Positions 12,291 through 24,793 of a stretch of DNA of 64,000 bases are shown here, one piece after another (position 1 is the stretch's first letter; the number at the start of each line of letters is the position of its first letter). Position numbers and translations under genes: made by a program. The notes beneath the pieces were generated by a model. That model did not search any database. It was not told where the DNA came from and worked only from the letters and a program-made list of their open reading frames with translations. This DNA is from Bacillota bacterium (lineage in GTDB: Bacteria; Bacillota; Dehalobacteriia; UBA4068), in the NCBI GenBank assembly GCA_050942825.1, contig JBMNOA010000002.1, forward strand, positions 4,993 through 68,992, in the 5' to 3' direction.

Positions 12291-12917
12291 ATGACTAATA
12301 TAGCTGTATACAACAAGGAAGGTTCTCCTGTTGGCGAAATTGAACTTAATGATGCAATTTTTAATGTTGGTATAAATACCTCTTTAATGCATCAAGCTGT
12401 ACTTGTTTATTTGGCCGCTCAACGCCGGGGAACTCATTCCACCAAAACCAAAGGTTTGGTTTCCGGCGGCGGTAAAAAACCGTGGCGTCAAAAAGGTACC
12501 GGTAGGGCCAGAGTCGGTTCTAGTAGAAATCCTGTTTGGCGTGGTGGTGGTGTGGCTTTTGGACCACAACCTCGCTCTTATAAAATCGATATGCCTAAGA
12601 AAATGCGGAGATTGGCTCTTTTATCCGCCCTTTCCGCTAAAGCTCAAAACGGAGATTTGTTGATTTTCGATGATTTGAATTTCGAAGCTCCGAAAACAAA
12701 AGAAATGGCTAAAGTATTAGAAAATGTATCTGCCCAAAATGCTTTGGTAATTCTGGAAAAAGATAATCTCAATGCTTTGTTATCCGCCAGAAATTTGCCT
12801 GGTGTCATGGCAGCAACGCCTAATTCGCTCAATACCTATATCATTCTTCTTTGTGATAAATTGGTGTTGACAAAAAATGCTTTGGCAACTCTTGAGGAGG
12901 TGCTGGCTAATGCGTAA
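12291..12917 (+). CDS. rplD: 50S ribosomal protein L4
   Basis: 208 aa; conserved operon position. Confidence 0.95.
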   Translation: MTNIAVYNKEGSPVGEIELNDAIFNVGINTSLMHQAVLVYLAAQRRGTHSTKTKGLVSGGGKKPWRQKGTGRARVGSSRNPVWRGGGVAFGPQPRSYKIDMPKKMRRLALLSALSAKAQNGDLLIFDDLNFEAPKTKEMAKVLENVSAQNALVILEKDNLNALLSARNLPGVMAATPNSLNTYIILLCDKLVLTKNALATLEEVLANA

Positions 12918-13200
12918 TCCACATGATGTATTGATTAAGCCTATGGTTTCTGAAAAATCAATGATGTTGATGGAAGATAATAAGTATTCTTTTATCGTTG
13001 CCAGAGATGCCAATAAGATCGAAATAAAACATGCCGTGGAAAAACTTTTTAATGTTGATGTAACAGAAGTAACAACTAGAAATCAAAGGGGTAAACTCAA
13101 AAGGATGGGCCGCTTTCAAGGTAGACGTCCCAATACAAAAAAAGCTGTTGTTACATTGAAAGCCGGCGATAAAATTGAAATTTTTGAAGGCATGCAATAA
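12910..13200 (+). CDS. rplW: 50S ribosomal protein L23
   Basis: ATG at 12910 after a GAGGAGG RBS; overlaps the rplD 3' end by 8 nt; 96 aa. Confidence 0.9.
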   Translation: MRNPHDVLIKPMVSEKSMMLMEDNKYSFIVARDANKIEIKHAVEKLFNVDVTEVTTRNQRGKLKRMGRFQGRRPNTKKAVVTLKAGDKIEIFEGMQ

Positions 13201-13223
13201 GCGTGGTAAAGGAGGAAAAGTAA

Positions 13224-14054
13224 ATGGGTATTAAAAAATATCGACCAACTTCTCCCGGACGCAGAGGCATGACCGTTTCCACCTTTGAGGAAATTACCAC
13301 CTCTATTCCGGAGAAATCTCTTTTAGAACCGCTGAAAAAACGGGGTGGCCGTAATAACCAAGGCCGCATGACCACCAGACATCAAGGTGGCGGACATAAA
13401 CAAATGTACCGTATCATCGATTTTAAAAGAAATAAAGACAATATTCCAGCTAAAGTAGCCAGTATTGAATATGATCCTAATCGTACCGCTAATATCGCTC
13501 TTTTAAATTATGCCGATGGTGCTAAAGCTTATATTTTAGCTCCTTATGGCCTGAAAGTGGGAGACGTATTGATCTCCGGTGAAAAAGTGGATATTAAAGT
13601 AGGTAATGCGATGCCGTTTTATTCTATTCCTGTAGGTACCGTAGTACACAATGTTGAACTTTCCCCCGGTACAGGCGGTCAATTGGCCCGTTCTGCCGGT
13701 GCTTCGGTTCAATTGATGGCCAAAGAAGGTAAATATGCTACTTTGCGTTTACCTTCCGGAGAAATGAGAATGGTTTTATCTCGCTGCCGTGCTACTATCG
13801 GGCAAGTCGGTAATATCGACCAAGAAAATATTACTATCGGTAAAGCCGGCCGTAACCGTTGGCTGGGTATCCGTCCCGGTAACCGCGGCGTTGTTATGAA
13901 TCCTTGTGACCACCCGCATGGCGGTGGTGAGGGCCGTAGCCCTGTTGGCCGTAATCCTGTTACTCCATGGGGTAAGCCTGCGCTTGGTGCAAAAACCAGG
14001 AAGAAGAAAAAAGCATCCAGCCGCTTAATCATTAAAAGACGAAATAAAAACTAA
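13224..14054 (+). CDS. rplB: 50S ribosomal protein L2
   Basis: 276 aa; ...[15 protein letters not shown]... Confidence 0.97.
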   Translation: MGIKKYRPTSPGRRGMTVSTFEEITTSIPEKSLLEPLKKRGGRNNQGRMTTRHQGGGHKQMYRIIDFKRNKDNIPAKVASIEYDPNRTANIALLNYADGAKAYILAPYGLKVGDVLISGEKVDIKVGNAMPFYSIPVGTVVHNVELSPGTGGQLARSAGASVQLMAKEGKYATLRLPSGEMRMVLSRCRATIGQVGNIDQENITIGKAGRNRWLGIRPGNRGVVMNPCDHPHGGGEGRSPVGRNPVTPWGKPALGAKTRKKKKASSRLIIKRRNKN

Positions 14055-14113
14055 CAAGATCCATTGCTTTTTTATAAGCTTCAGAATAATTACTGAAGGG
14101 AGGCAAAGACTGC

Positions 14114-14398
14114 ATGAGCAGATCATTAAAAAAAGGACCGTATTGCGATGAGAAATTACTTTTCCGCATTGAAAAAATGAATGAATCGGGCGATAAAAAA
14201 GTTATCAAATCTTGGTCCCGTCGTTCTACTATATTTCCACAGATGGTAGGGCATACGATTGCCATTCATGATGGCAGGAAACATGTGCCGGTCTATGTGA
14301 CTGAAGATATGGTAGGTCACAAATTTGGGGAGTTTGCTCCCACCCGCCTATTTCGTGGGCATGGCTCTCATACCGAGAGATCTACTGCCCTCAAGTAG
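14114..14398 (+). CDS. rpsS: 30S ribosomal protein S19
   Basis: 94 aa; [10 protein letters not shown]. Confidence 0.96.
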   Translation: MSRSLKKGPYCDEKLLFRIEKMNESGDKKVIKSWSRRSTIFPQMVGHTIAIHDGRKHVPVYVTEDMVGHKFGEFAPTRLFRGHGSHTERSTALK

Positions 14399-14425
14399 CG
14401 GATATGAGTGAGAGGAGGAAGTATT

Positions 14426-14767
14426 TTGGAAGCTAAAGCAGTAGCCAAATATATCCGCGTCTCCCCTAGTAAGGCCAAATTAGTTATTGACCTCATCAGG
14501 GGGAAAAAAGTGCGCGAAGCAGAAGCAATTCTAAAATTTACGCCCAATAGGGCAGCCGTTCCGATATATAAAGTGTTGCGTTCGGCCACAGCCAATGCTG
14601 AAAACAATCTTAGTCTCAATAGAGAAGATCTGGTTGTCACAAGTGCATTTATTGGTCAGGGTCCCAGCATGAAACGTTTTAAACCTCGTGCTATGGGTCG
14701 TGCAGACAGAATGTTGCATCGCACTTGCCACATTACCGTGGTAGTCGGTGACAGAGAGGAGGTTTAA
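14426..14767 (+). CDS. rplV: 50S ribosomal protein L22
   Basis: TTG start 6 nt after an AGAGGAGGA RBS; [14 protein letters not shown]. Confidence 0.92.
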   Translation: MEAKAVAKYIRVSPSKAKLVIDLIRGKKVREAEAILKFTPNRAAVPIYKVLRSATANAENNLSLNREDLVVTSAFIGQGPSMKRFKPRAMGRADRMLHRTCHITVVVGDREEV

Positions 14768-14769
14768 GC

Positions 14770-15447
14770 GTGGGTCAAAAAGTAAATCCGAAGGGCTTTC
14801 GTGTTGGAGTGATCAAGGATTGGGATGCACGTTGGTATGCCAATAAAAAGGATTTCAGGCATTTCCTTTATGAAGATTACCAAATCCGTAAATATATCAA
14901 ACAAAAACTTTACGCAGCCGGTATATCAAAAATCGATATTGAAAGAGCTGCCAAAAGAGTGAAAATCAACATTTTTACTGCAAAACCGGGTATCGTTATC
15001 GGACGTGGCGGTCAAGAAGTTGAATTGCTTAAAAAAGAACTGGAAAAAATGACTGGCAAAAACATCAATCTGAACATTACTGAGATTAAAAGGCCGGAAT
15101 TGGATGCTCAATTGGTAGCTGAAAGCGTTGCTGCCTCTTTGGAAAAACGTATTGCATTCCGCCGCGCTATGAAACAAACAGTAATGCGCACCATGAGAAT
15201 GGGTGCCGAAGGTATCAAAATTATGTGTGGCGGCCGTTTGGCTGGAGCAGAAATCGCTCGTTCTGAATGGTATGCCGAAGGCAAAGTGCCTCTTCATACC
15301 TTGCGTGCTGATATTGATTATGCTTTTGCTGAAGCCAATACAGCTTATGGTAAAATCGGGGTAAAAGTATGGATCTATAAAGGTGAAGTATTGCCCGAAA
15401 AAACCGAAAAAAAAGTAGAAATTAATGCTGTGGAGGAGGGCGAATAA
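14770..15447 (+). CDS. rpsC: 30S ribosomal protein S3
   Basis: GTG start; 225 aa; KH domain. Confidence 0.96.
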   Translation: MGQKVNPKGFRVGVIKDWDARWYANKKDFRHFLYEDYQIRKYIKQKLYAAGISKIDIERAAKRVKINIFTAKPGIVIGRGGQEVELLKKELEKMTGKNINLNITEIKRPELDAQLVAESVAASLEKRIAFRRAMKQTVMRTMRMGAEGIKIMCGGRLAGAEIARSEWYAEGKVPLHTLRADIDYAFAEANTAYGKIGVKVWIYKGEVLPEKTEKKVEINAVEEGE

Positions 15448-15449
15448 AA

Positions 15450-15884
15450 ATGTTGTTACCAAAAAGAGTGAAATATCGCCGCCAACACCGTGGTCGGATG
15501 AAAGGTGCCGCCCATAAAGGCAATACTATCTCTTATGGTGAATATGGTATGCAAGCTGTGGAATGCGGTTGGATTACTAGCCGTCAAATCGAAGCTGCCC
15601 GTATCGCCATGACCCGCTATATAAAACGTGGTGGTCAAGTTTGGATTAAACTGTTCCCTCATAAACCTGTTACGGAAAAACCTGCTGAAACCCGTATGGG
15701 TAGTGGTAAAGGTTCTCCGGAATATTGGGTAGCAGTAGTAAAACCGGGCAAAGTGATGTTTGAAATCGCAGGAGTACCCGAAGAATTAGCTAGAGAAGCT
15801 ATACGCCTAGCCCAGCACAAACTTCCTATAAAAACCAAGTTTGTGAAACGAGAAGAAATAGGTGGTGAAGCAAATGAAAACTAA
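15450..15884 (+). CDS. rplP: 50S ribosomal protein L16
   Basis: 144 aa; [15 protein letters not shown]. Confidence 0.96.
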   Translation: MLLPKRVKYRRQHRGRMKGAAHKGNTISYGEYGMQAVECGWITSRQIEAARIAMTRYIKRGGQVWIKLFPHKPVTEKPAETRMGSGKGSPEYWVAVVKPGKVMFEIAGVPEELAREAIRLAQHKLPIKTKFVKREEIGGEANEN

Positions 15885-16074
15885 AGATATCCGTGAGCTT
15901 ACCAGCGAGGAGCTTTTGAAAAAGGAAAATGATTTGAAGGCAGAACTCTTCAATCTGCGTTTTCGTTTGGCTACCGGACAATTGGATAATCCAATGTCTA
16001 TCAAAGCCGTAAAAAAAGACATGGCTAGAGTAAAAACTATTATCCGCCAAAGAGAACTGAAACAAGCAAAATAA
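15874..16074 (+). CDS. rpmC: 50S ribosomal protein L29
   Basis: ATG at 15874; 66 aa; overlaps the rplP end; [10 protein letters not shown]. Confidence 0.9.
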   Translation: MKTKDIRELTSEELLKKENDLKAELFNLRFRLATGQLDNPMSIKAVKKDMARVKTIIRQRELKQAK

Positions 16075-16113
16075 ATGCTCTTTGGGTTGATTTCGGGAAA
16101 GGAGGAACTATAA

Positions 16114-16377
16114 TTGGTTGAAAGAAATTCTCGAAAAAGCCGCATCGGTATCGTTTCCAGCGATAAAATGGAAAAAACTATAGTGGTAAGGGTGGAAAAT
16201 AAAGTCCGCCATCCTTTGTATGGTAAAATCATCCGTACCAGCAAAAAGTTTAAAGTACATGATGAATCTAATGAGGCTAAAATAGGAGATAAAGTTCTGA
16301 TTAAGGAAACTAGACCTCTTTCTAAAGATAAATGTTGGAGATTGGAAACTATCCTTGAAAAGGCACCTATTGTTTAA
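16114..16377 (+). CDS. rpsQ: 30S ribosomal protein S17
   Basis: TTG start after a GGAGG RBS; 87 aa. Confidence 0.93.
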   Translation: MVERNSRKSRIGIVSSDKMEKTIVVRVENKVRHPLYGKIIRTSKKFKVHDESNEAKIGDKVLIKETRPLSKDKCWRLETILEKAPIV

Positions 16378-16408
16378 ACCAAAGTGATCGAGAAAGGGGG
16401 GCGGTTCT

Positions 16409-16777
16409 GTGATTCAAGCCGAAACCAGACTAAAAGTTGGGGATAATACAGGCGCTAAAGAACTGCTTTGTATTAAAGTATTGGGCGGCTCCCGCCGTAA
16501 ATATGCCACAGTTGGCGATATAATCGTTTGTGCCGTTAAAGAAGCCTCTCCGGGTGGCGTTGTAAAAAAAGGGGATGTAGTTAGAGCTGTTGTAGTGCGT
16601 ACCAAAAAAGAAATCCGTCGTCCTGATGGTTCCTATATTCGCTTTGACGAAAATTCCGGAGTTATCATTAATGATGCCGGACAACCGAGAGGTACCCGTA
16701 TATTCGGGCCGGTAGCCAGAGAATTGAGAGATAAAGACTTTATGAAAATCATCTCACTTGCTCCGGAAGTACTCTAA
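16409..16777 (+). CDS. rplN: 50S ribosomal protein L14
   Basis: GTG start; [18 protein letters not shown]. Confidence 0.96.
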   Translation: MIQAETRLKVGDNTGAKELLCIKVLGGSRRKYATVGDIIVCAVKEASPGGVVKKGDVVRAVVVRTKKEIRRPDGSYIRFDENSGVIINDAGQPRGTRIFGPVARELRDKDFMKIISLAPEVL

Positions 16778-16792
16778 GTCGGAGGTGAAGAA

Positions 16793-17137
16793 ATGGCAAG
16801 GGAAATATTAAAAGCAAAAAAAATGCATATAAAAAAAGGTGATACAGTGGTTGTTATCTCGGGAAAAGATGCCGGTAAAAAAGGTAAAGTTATCGCGGCT
16901 GAACCTAAAAAAAATCGTGTGTATGTTGAAAAAGTCAATCTGGTCAGCCGTCATACCAAACCTACCAAAGCTTCGCCGCAAGGTGGTATTATTAAAAAAG
17001 AAGCCGGTATTGATGTTTCTAATGTGATGATCTTTTGTTCCCATTGCAACAAACCTGTTCGCATTGGCAATGAAATAGCCCAAGATGGTTCAAAACAACG
17101 TAAATGCAGTAAATGTGGATCAGTATTTGATAAATAA
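16793..17137 (+). CDS. rplX: 50S ribosomal protein L24, with a 10-aa N-terminal extension and a C-terminal CxxC-x16-CxxC signature
   Basis: KOW motif [23 protein letters not shown]; strong GGAGGTG RBS at the ATG 16793; Cys codons at 17036-17116. Confidence 0.93.
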   Translation: MAREILKAKKMHIKKGDTVVVISGKDAGKKGKVIAAEPKKNRVYVEKVNLVSRHTKPTKASPQGGIIKKEAGIDVSNVMIFCSHCNKPVRIGNEIAQDGSKQRKCSKCGSVFDK

Positions 17138-17157
17138 CGAGGGAAGGAGGAATCTTT

Positions 17158-17700
17158 ATGGCAAGGCTAAAAGATAAATATTTAAGTGAAATCCGCCCGC
17201 AACTTCAAGAGAAATTTTCCTATAAAAATATTATGGAAATTCCAAAATTGGAAAAAGTTGTGATTAATATGGGGATGGGCGAAGCTATCCAAAACCCTAA
17301 AGCTTTGGATGCCGCTGTAGGAGATTTGACTATTATTTCCGGACAAAAACCTATTATCACCAAGGCCAAAAAGTCCATTGCTGCTTTTAAATTACGTCAA
17401 GGTATGTCTATCGGTTGCAAAGTAACTTTAAGAGGCAACAGAATGTATGAATTCGTTGACAAGCTAATCTCAGCAGCAATCCCTCGGGTACGTGACTTTA
17501 AAGGCGTATCTACCAAAGCCTTTGATGGCCGCGGTAATTACACTTTAGGACTTAAAGAACAATTAATCTTCCCGGAAATTGAGTATGATAAAATAGATAA
17601 ACTCCGGGGGTTGGAAGTGAACTTTGTTACTTCTGCCAAAAGCGACGAAGAATGCCGTGAGCTGTTGGGTTTAATGGGCATGCCCTTCGCCGAAAGATAG
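17158..17700 (+). CDS. rplE: 50S ribosomal protein L5
   Basis: 180 aa. Confidence 0.96.
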   Translation: MARLKDKYLSEIRPQLQEKFSYKNIMEIPKLEKVVINMGMGEAIQNPKALDAAVGDLTIISGQKPIITKAKKSIAAFKLRQGMSIGCKVTLRGNRMYEFVDKLISAAIPRVRDFKGVSTKAFDGRGNYTLGLKEQLIFPEIEYDKIDKLRGLEVNFVTSAKSDEECRELLGLMGMPFAER

Positions 17701-17729
17701 TCCGGTGAATTCAAAGAGGAGGGAATCTC

Positions 17730-17915
17730 GTGGCTAAAACTTCTATGTTAGTGAAGCAAAAACGCACACCCAAATTTAGGGTTAGAGGATATAATCGCTG
17801 CAGTATTTGCGGTAGGCCCCATGCTTATATGCGCAAATTCGGTATTTGCCGTATTTGTTTCCGTGAGCTGGCCTATAAAGGAGAAATCCCCGGTGTTACC
17901 AAATCTAGTTGGTAA
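17730..17915 (+). CDS. rpsN: 30S ribosomal protein S14, zinc-binding type Z
   Basis: 61 aa; [20 protein letters not shown] (Cys4). Confidence 0.96.
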   Translation: MAKTSMLVKQKRTPKFRVRGYNRCSICGRPHAYMRKFGICRICFRELAYKGEIPGVTKSSW

Positions 17916-17946
17916 TCGTGGATGTTGACGGAAGGAGGTTTTTTAA

Positions 17947-18345
17947 ATGGTAGTTACCGATCCTATCGCCGATTTCTTAACTAGGATAAGAAATGCAAAT
18001 ATAGTTTATATGGATAAGGTAGAAATACCCGCTTCAAAAACTAAATTGGGCATGGCTAATATTCTAAAAGAAGAAGGCTTCATTAAAGATGTGGAATATA
18101 TCGAGGATGGAAAACAAGGTATAGTCCGTTTGTATCTTAAATATGGCAATAATAAAGAAAAAGTTATTACTGGCTTGAAAAGAATATCCCGTCCGGGATT
18201 GCGTGTTTATGCCAGAAAAGATGAGCTACCCAAAGTATTAGGTGGTTTGGGGATTGCCATCATTTCTACTTCAGCCGGTCTGATGACTGATAAAATGGCC
18301 AGAAAACAAGGGTTTGGCGGAGAAGTTCTCTGCTATATCTGGTAG
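17947..18345 (+). CDS. rpsH: 30S ribosomal protein S8
   Basis: 132 aa. Confidence 0.96.
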   Translation: MVVTDPIADFLTRIRNANIVYMDKVEIPASKTKLGMANILKEEGFIKDVEYIEDGKQGIVRLYLKYGNNKEKVITGLKRISRPGLRVYARKDELPKVLGGLGIAIISTSAGLMTDKMARKQGFGGEVLCYIW

Positions 18346-18373
18346 TCGGTCAAGACATATAGGAGGTGTAAAG

Positions 18374-18913
18374 ATGTCGAGAATTGGCAAAATGCCTATA
18401 AATGTTCCGGCCGGAGTAACTGTGACCATCAGTGGAAATGCCGTAGAGGTCAAAGGACCTAAAGGCACTTTGAAACGGTCTTTTTCTCCGGAAATTAAAG
18501 TTACCTTGGAAAATGATGTTTTGACCGTTACCCGTGATAGCGACGAGCCTAAGCATCGTTCTTTGCACGGTTTGACAAGAGCATTGCTTTACAATATGGT
18601 AACTGGTGTTACGCAAGGTTTCGATAAGAATCTGGAATTGGTGGGTGTTGGTTACCGTGCCGCCAAACAAGGTAATAAATTATCTCTGCAAGTGGGTTTT
18701 TCCCATCCTGTAGAAGTTGATCCAGGTGATGATTTGCAAGTAGAAGTACTTGCTCCCAATAAAATTCAGGTCAAAGGTATTGACAAAGAAAAAGTTGGTG
18801 CTTTAGCCGCTAATATCAGAAACATCCGTCCGCCTGAACCTTATAAAGGCAAAGGTATCCGTTATGCCGGCGAAGTAGTCAAACGTAAGGCCGGTAAAGC
18901 AGGCGCTAAATAA
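18374..18913 (+). CDS. rplF: 50S ribosomal protein L6
   Basis: ATG at 18374 after a GGAGGTG RBS; [12 protein letters not shown]. Confidence 0.93.
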   Translation: MSRIGKMPINVPAGVTVTISGNAVEVKGPKGTLKRSFSPEIKVTLENDVLTVTRDSDEPKHRSLHGLTRALLYNMVTGVTQGFDKNLELVGVGYRAAKQGNKLSLQVGFSHPVEVDPGDDLQVEVLAPNKIQVKGIDKEKVGALAANIRNIRPPEPYKGKGIRYAGEVVKRKAGKAGAK

Positions 18914-18982
18914 TTTAGTCTCAGTTAAACCACTGTGAAGAAGGGATATAATCCTTTGGAGTGGTTGGAAGGAAGTGAAACG

Positions 18983-19345
18983 ATGTTCAAGAAAATCAAT
19001 AGAAAAGCTATCAGAGCGAAAAAACATTATCGCATCCGCAAAAATATTATTGGCACCGCCGAGTGTCCTCGTTTGGCAGTTTTTCGCAGCGCCAAGCATA
19101 TTTATGCGCAAGTGATCGACGATAATAAAGGAGTTACTTTGGCAGCAGCATCTTCTTTGGACGCTTCTTTAAAAGGTACCTATGGCGGAAATAAAGAAGC
19201 CGCTAATAAGGTTGGTTTGCTGATTGCGGAAAAAGCTAAAGCAAATAATATTACAAAAGTAGTATTTGACCGTGGCGGGCTTCTCTATCATGGCAGAATA
19301 GCAGCTTTGGCTGATGGCGCCAGAGAAGGCGGCCTGGAGTTTTAA
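18983..19345 (+). CDS. rplR: 50S ribosomal protein L18
   Basis: ATG at 18983; 120 aa; conserved position. Confidence 0.9.
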   Translation: MFKKINRKAIRAKKHYRIRKNIIGTAECPRLAVFRSAKHIYAQVIDDNKGVTLAAASSLDASLKGTYGGNKEAANKVGLLIAEKAKANNITKVVFDRGGLLYHGRIAALADGAREGGLEF

Positions 19346-19362
19346 GCGAAGGAGGGTAATCG

Positions 19363-19863
19363 ATGGCAAGAATAGATGCCAGCAATTTAGAATTAACAGA
19401 AAGAGTAGTTAATATCAACCGTGTGGCCAAAGTGGTCAAAGGCGGTCGTCGCTTCAGCTTCAGCGCCTTGGTGGTAGTTGGTGATGGTAATGGTAATGTC
19501 GGCGCCGGTTTGGGTAAAGCAGGGGAAGTTCCTGAAGCAATCAAAAAAGGCGTAGAAGATGCCAAAAAGAACATGATCCATGTTCCCGTTATCAATGGTA
19601 CCATTCCTCATGCTGTGGTTGGACGTTATGGTGCGGGTAAAGTACTTTTGAAACCTGCCGCAGAAGGTACCGGAGTTATCTCCGGCGGCCCTGTGCGTGC
19701 GGTGTTGGAATTGGCAGGATATAAAAATATTCTGACCAAATCTTTGGGTTCCAATAATTCTATCAATATGGTTCGAGCTACTATGGAAGGTTTGCAATCC
19801 ATGAAAACTATTGAAGAAGTGAGCCGCTTAAGAGGCTTAATTCCGGAACAAATATTGGGTTAG
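19363..19863 (+). CDS. rpsE: 30S ribosomal protein S5
   Basis: 166 aa; ...[21 protein letters not shown]... Confidence 0.96.
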   Translation: MARIDASNLELTERVVNINRVAKVVKGGRRFSFSALVVVGDGNGNVGAGLGKAGEVPEAIKKGVEDAKKNMIHVPVINGTIPHAVVGRYGAGKVLLKPAAEGTGVISGGPVRAVLELAGYKNILTKSLGSNNSINMVRATMEGLQSMKTIEEVSRLRGLIPEQILG

Positions 19864-19876
19864 GGGGAGAACTGAA

Positions 19877-20074
19877 ATGACAAAAATTAAAATAACCTTA
19901 ACCAAAAGCCCTATCGGCTATAATAAAAACCAAAAAGCGATTTTAGCCTCTTTAGGATTGAGAAAGCTTAATTCCAGTGTTGTACAAGAGGATACCAAAG
20001 ATATCTTGGGTAAAACACAAAAAGTAGCTCATCTGGTCAAAGTAGAAACATTTGATGAACAAGAAGCAAAATAA
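19877..20074 (+). CDS. rpmD: 50S ribosomal protein L30
   Basis: 65 aa; conserved operon position. Confidence 0.9.
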   Translation: MTKIKITLTKSPIGYNKNQKAILASLGLRKLNSSVVQEDTKDILGKTQKVAHLVKVETFDEQEAK

Positions 20075-20092
20075 AAGTAGGGAGGTGTGAGC

Positions 20093-20530
20093 ATGAAACT
20101 CAATCAATTATCCCCTGCTCCCGGTTCTCGCAAAAAAACTGTCAGAGTTGGTCGCGGTACTGGCTCCGGCGCAGGTAAAACATCCGGCAGAGGCCATAAA
20201 GGGCAAAATTCACGTGCCGGTGGTGGCGTTCGTCTCGGTTTTGAAGGCGGTCAAATGCCTTTACATCGTCGTTTACCAAAAAGAGGTTTTACTAATATCT
20301 TTGGCAAAGAAATTACTGAAGTGAGCCTGGAAGCATTAAATAAATTTGATAATGATACGGTTATTACAGCAGAGGTACTCTTGACTTCCGGCATTATTAA
20401 AAATATTAAAGATGGAGTGAAAATCCTTGCCAATGGTGAATTAACAAAAAAACTCACCGTGCAAGTACCTACAACCAAAGGCGCAGCAGAAAAGATTACT
20501 GCCTTGGGTGGGAAGGTTGAGGTGATTTAA
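20093..20530 (+). CDS. rplO: 50S ribosomal protein L15
   Basis: ATG at 20093 after a GGAGGTG RBS; [14 protein letters not shown]. Confidence 0.93.
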   Translation: MKLNQLSPAPGSRKKTVRVGRGTGSGAGKTSGRGHKGQNSRAGGGVRLGFEGGQMPLHRRLPKRGFTNIFGKEITEVSLEALNKFDNDTVITAEVLLTSGIIKNIKDGVKILANGELTKKLTVQVPTTKGAAEKITALGGKVEVI

Positions 20531-21786
20531 TGCTATCCGTATTTGTTAATGCCTGGAAAGTAGCAGAATTGCGCAAAAAAATCATTTTTACTATCTTGAT
20601 GTTTATCGTCTTCAGGATTGGTGCGCATATTCCTGTTCCGGGAATTGATACTGAAATCATCCAACAACTTTTAAGCTCTTCAATATTTGGCTTCGTTGAT
20701 ATTATTTCCGGCGGTGCCTTGAAGCAATTTACTGTGTTTGCTATGGGTATTATCCCATACATTAATGCTTCAATTATTCTCAATCTTTTAACTATGGTGG
20801 TGCCGTATTTCGAGAAATTATCTAAAGAGGGCCCGGAAGGCCGCAAAAAAATGACTCAGATCACCCGTTATGGTACTGTAATTTTAGGTTTTGCACAGGC
20901 TTTAGCAATGTCATTTTATCTGAGAAGTGCCTTTGTTGATCCGAGTATCGGCTCTGTCTTTTTGGTAGCTCTTACGCTTACGGCCGGTACTGTATTCTTG
21001 ATGTGGTTAGGCGAATTGATTACTGATAAAGGTATCGGTAATGGTATATCTTTAATCATCTTTGCTGGTATCGTTGTCAACTTGCCTTCCCAAATCGGTT
21101 CTATGACCCAATATGTTAAAACCGGTGAGGCCAGTATTGTTACAGTAGTTTTGTTTGTGTTGATTGCCCTATTTGTTATTGCTGGTATAGTAGCAGTGCA
21201 GGAGGGCCAAAGACGTATACCTGTTCAATATGCCAAAAGAGTTGTGGGCAGGAAAATGTATGGTGGCCAGAGCACTTATATACCAATGAAGATCAATCAA
21301 GCCGGCGTTATCCCCATCATCTTCGCTATGGCTATATTGACTCTTCCTGCTCTTTTAGCGGGCTTGTTTGAGCAAAGCAGTTCTATAGCTGCCTTCATTT
21401 CCACGATTTTTGGTTTCCAACATCCTGTATACATGGTTTGTTACGCACTTTTAATCTTAGCATTTACCTATTTTTATACCGCCGTAACATTCAATGTTCC
21501 GGATATTGCCGACAATCTGAAAAAATATGGCGGATTTATTCCCGGATTGCGTCCGGGTAAACCTACTGTAGACTATTTAGATAAGGTTCTTTCCCGTATT
21601 ACTTTTGCGGGAGGTCTTTTCTTAGCATTTATTGCTCTCTTACCTAGTATTGCTATGGGGGTTACGGGACTTAACTTCTATTTTGGTGGTACATCCTTGC
21701 TGATTGCCGTTGGCGTAGCTTTGGATACTATGAAGCAGGTAGAATCTCAGCTCTTAATGCGGCATTATCAAGGGTTTATGAAATAG
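20530..21786 (+). CDS. secY: Preprotein translocase subunit SecY
   Basis: 418 aa polytopic membrane protein; its ATG overlaps the rplO stop (TAATG). Confidence 0.96.
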   Translation: MLSVFVNAWKVAELRKKIIFTILMFIVFRIGAHIPVPGIDTEIIQQLLSSSIFGFVDIISGGALKQFTVFAMGIIPYINASIILNLLTMVVPYFEKLSKEGPEGRKKMTQITRYGTVILGFAQALAMSFYLRSAFVDPSIGSVFLVALTLTAGTVFLMWLGELITDKGIGNGISLIIFAGIVVNLPSQIGSMTQYVKTGEASIVTVVLFVLIALFVIAGIVAVQEGQRRIPVQYAKRVVGRKMYGGQSTYIPMKINQAGVIPIIFAMAILTLPALLAGLFEQSSSIAAFISTIFGFQHPVYMVCYALLILAFTYFYTAVTFNVPDIADNLKKYGGFIPGLRPGKPTVDYLDKVLSRITFAGGLFLAFIALLPSIAMGVTGLNFYFGGTSLLIAVGVALDTMKQVESQLLMRHYQGFMK

Positions 21787-22455
<669 letters not shown>

Positions 22456-22574
22456 TAATCATGCAAATATAAAACAATCTCAAGTCATAACCTTGGATAA
22501 TAGCGTTGACAGGTTGTTTGTGGATAGGCATAGCTTTTGCAATCAATATTAAATTCATATCTATAGGTGGACCA

Positions 22575-22901
22575 ATGAAAATAGAGAATGAAAAACTTAA
22601 TAATTTTGATTGTAAATGGGAGATAAATAATAAGCTGTCATTATGTCCTGGACAATTAGTCAGGTCTAAACAAGGCAGAGATCAGGGGGAATTTTATCTG
22701 GTTTATGCCATAACAAACGATTGTCTTTGGTTGGTGGATGGCCGCAAAAGAAGGGTCGAAAACCCCAAAAAGAAAAATCGTCGTCATTTGCAACATATCA
22801 ATAAGGTAGCGGCTGACTTTGCTGATATGTTAGCAAAGGGTCAACCCGTCACAAACGAAGATGTCAGAAGAGCTATGTCCAACCTCTTAGATGAGCAGTA
22901 A
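22575..22901 (+). CDS. KOW-domain RNA-binding protein (YbzG-like), occupying the adk-infA slot where map is often found
   Basis: ATG at 22575 after an AGGTGG RBS; GQLVRSKQGRDQGEFYLV KOW-like core; basic tail. Confidence 0.6.
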   Translation: MKIENEKLNNFDCKWEINNKLSLCPGQLVRSKQGRDQGEFYLVYAITNDCLWLVDGRKRRVENPKKKNRRHLQHINKVAADFADMLAKGQPVTNEDVRRAMSNLLDEQ

Positions 22902-22943
22902 CTGCCATAAAGAGAAAAAGGAATTTGACAAGGAGGACGAAAC

Positions 22944-23162
22944 ATGTCTAAACAAGACGGAATAGAAATAGATGGTACTGTTGTTGAGCCATTGCCAAAT
23001 GCCATGTTCAAGGTAGAGCTGGCAAACGGACATAAAGTATTGGCTCATATTTCCGGCAAAATACGCACTAATTATATTCGTATCCTGCCCGGAGACAAAG
23101 TGACGGTAGAATTATGTCCCTATGATTTAACCAGGGGCAGAATTATCTATCGCTACAAATAA
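22944..23162 (+). CDS. infA: Translation initiation factor IF-1
   Basis: 72 aa; [41 protein letters not shown]. Confidence 0.97.
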   Translation: MSKQDGIEIDGTVVEPLPNAMFKVELANGHKVLAHISGKIRTNYIRILPGDKVTVELCPYDLTRGRIIYRYK

Positions 23163-23217
23163 TTGATTCAAAAGTCAGATTTGGCTTTTGCTTGACAAAA
23201 GCAAAGGAGGATTGGGT

Positions 23218-23331
23218 ATGAAAGTCAGAGCTTCTGTTAAACCCATCTGTGAAAAATGTAAAATTATTAAAAGACGTGGTAAAGTAATGGTTATTTGCCG
23301 TAATACCAAGCATAAACAAACCCAAGGCTAA
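23218..23331 (+). CDS. rpmJ: 50S ribosomal protein L36 (Zn-ribbon form)
   Basis: Hand-translated 37 aa [37 protein letters not shown]; AAGGAGG RBS; missed by the >=60-aa ORF track. Confidence 0.93.
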   Translation: MKVRASVKPICEKCKIIKRRGKVMVICRNTKHKQTQG

Positions 23332-23377
23332 GCCCGTCAAAAAACTGTAGAAAAACTTGTGGAGGTGTGTAAAATAA

Positions 23378-23749
23378 ATGGCACGTATTGCTGGCGTCGA
23401 CCTGCCCAGAGATAAAAGGGTGGAAATTGGCTTGACCTATATTTTTGGCGTAGGCTTGACTACATCCAGAAAAATATTGGCACAGGCAGGTATAAATCCC
23501 GATACAAGGGTCAAAGATTTAACTGAGGATGAAGTTCTCAAAATCCGTGATATTTTAGATCGTACTTGCCAAGTCGAAGGTGACTTGCGCAGGGATATTG
23601 CTTTGAATATAAAAAGGCTTACAGAAATTGGTTGCTATCGTGGCATCCGCCATCGTCGCGGTTTACCAGTGCGCGGGCAAAAAACCAAAACTAATGCTCG
23701 TACCAGAAAAGGTCCGAAACGCACTGTGGGCGCTAAACGGAAAAAATAG
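23378..23749 (+). CDS. rpsM: 30S ribosomal protein S13
   Basis: 123 aa; [10 protein letters not shown]. Confidence 0.96.
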   Translation: MARIAGVDLPRDKRVEIGLTYIFGVGLTTSRKILAQAGINPDTRVKDLTEDEVLKIRDILDRTCQVEGDLRRDIALNIKRLTEIGCYRGIRHRRGLPVRGQKTKTNARTRKGPKRTVGAKRKK

Positions 23750-23768
23750 AGGAAGGGAGGTCTTTTGA

Positions 23769-24155
23769 TTGGCAAGAAGACAAACTCGCAGAAAAAAAGA
23801 GAGAAAAAATATTGAAGTAGGCGTAGCACATATTCAATCTACTTTTAATAATACCTTAATTACTATCACCGATAAATTCGGTAATGCTGTTTCGTGGTCC
23901 TCTGCAGGGGCTATGGGTTTTAAAGGCTCCCGGAAAAGCACACCTTTTGCCGCGCAAATGGCAGCAGAAGTTGCGGCCAAAGAAGCCATGGAAAATGGTA
24001 TGCGCCAAGTGGAATGCTTGGTAAAAGGACCTGGTTCAGGCAGGGAGGCTGCCATTCGTTCACTGCAAGCTGCCGGTTTGGAAGTTAGCATGATTAAAGA
24101 TGTAACTCCCATTCCCCATAATGGCTGCCGTCCACCCAAAAGAAGAAGAGTTTAG
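23769..24155 (+). CDS. rpsK: 30S ribosomal protein S11
   Basis: TTG start after a GAAGGGAGG RBS; 128 aa. Confidence 0.95.
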   Translation: MARRQTRRKKERKNIEVGVAHIQSTFNNTLITITDKFGNAVSWSSAGAMGFKGSRKSTPFAAQMAAEVAAKEAMENGMRQVECLVKGPGSGREAAIRSLQAAGLEVSMIKDVTPIPHNGCRPPKRRRV

Positions 24156-24166
24156 GAGGTTACTAA

Positions 24167-24793
24167 ATGGCTAGATATAAAGGCGCTGTTTGCCGCCTCT
24201 GCCGTCGTGAAGGTATGAAACTCTACCTTAAAGGTGACCGTTGCTATTCCGATAAATGCGCCGTAACTACTAAAGCGTATGCCCCGGGAGAGCATGGTCA
24301 ATCTAGAAAGAAAGTTTCCGAGTATGGCATACAGTTGAGAGAAAAACAAAAAGTACGCCGTATCTATGGCGTATTGGAAAAACAATTCCGTAATTATTTC
24401 CGTAAAGCCGAGAAGCAAAGAGGCGTTACCGGTGAGAATCTCTTGAGATTATTGGAGAGCCGTTTGGATAATGTAGTTTATCGTCTGGGCTTTGCTTCCT
24501 CCAGAGTTGATGCTCGCCAATTAGTCCGACACGGACATTTTACCGTCAATGGTAAAAAAGTAAATATCCCTTCCTATTTAGTTAAAATGGGAGATGTGAT
24601 ATCTGTCAAAGAAAAAAGCAGAACCTCTCCAAAAATCGAAGCCATTGCTGCTGCTCTTACCTCGCGTACGGCTCCGGCCTGGTTGGAAGTGGATAAAGAA
24701 AACTTGGTAGGTAAAGTAATTGCATTACCCACAAGAGAAGATATAGATCTGCCAATCGATGAGCAATTGATAATAGAACTTTATTCCCGTTAA
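24167..24793 (+). CDS. rpsD: 30S ribosomal protein S4 (Zn-finger form)
   Basis: CRLCRREG...CYSDKC; 208 aa. Confidence 0.96.
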   Translation: MARYKGAVCRLCRREGMKLYLKGDRCYSDKCAVTTKAYAPGEHGQSRKKVSEYGIQLREKQKVRRIYGVLEKQFRNYFRKAEKQRGVTGENLLRLLESRLDNVVYRLGFASSRVDARQLVRHGHFTVNGKKVNIPSYLVKMGDVISVKEKSRTSPKIEAIAAALTSRTAPAWLEVDKENLVGKVIALPTREDIDLPIDEQLIIELYSR

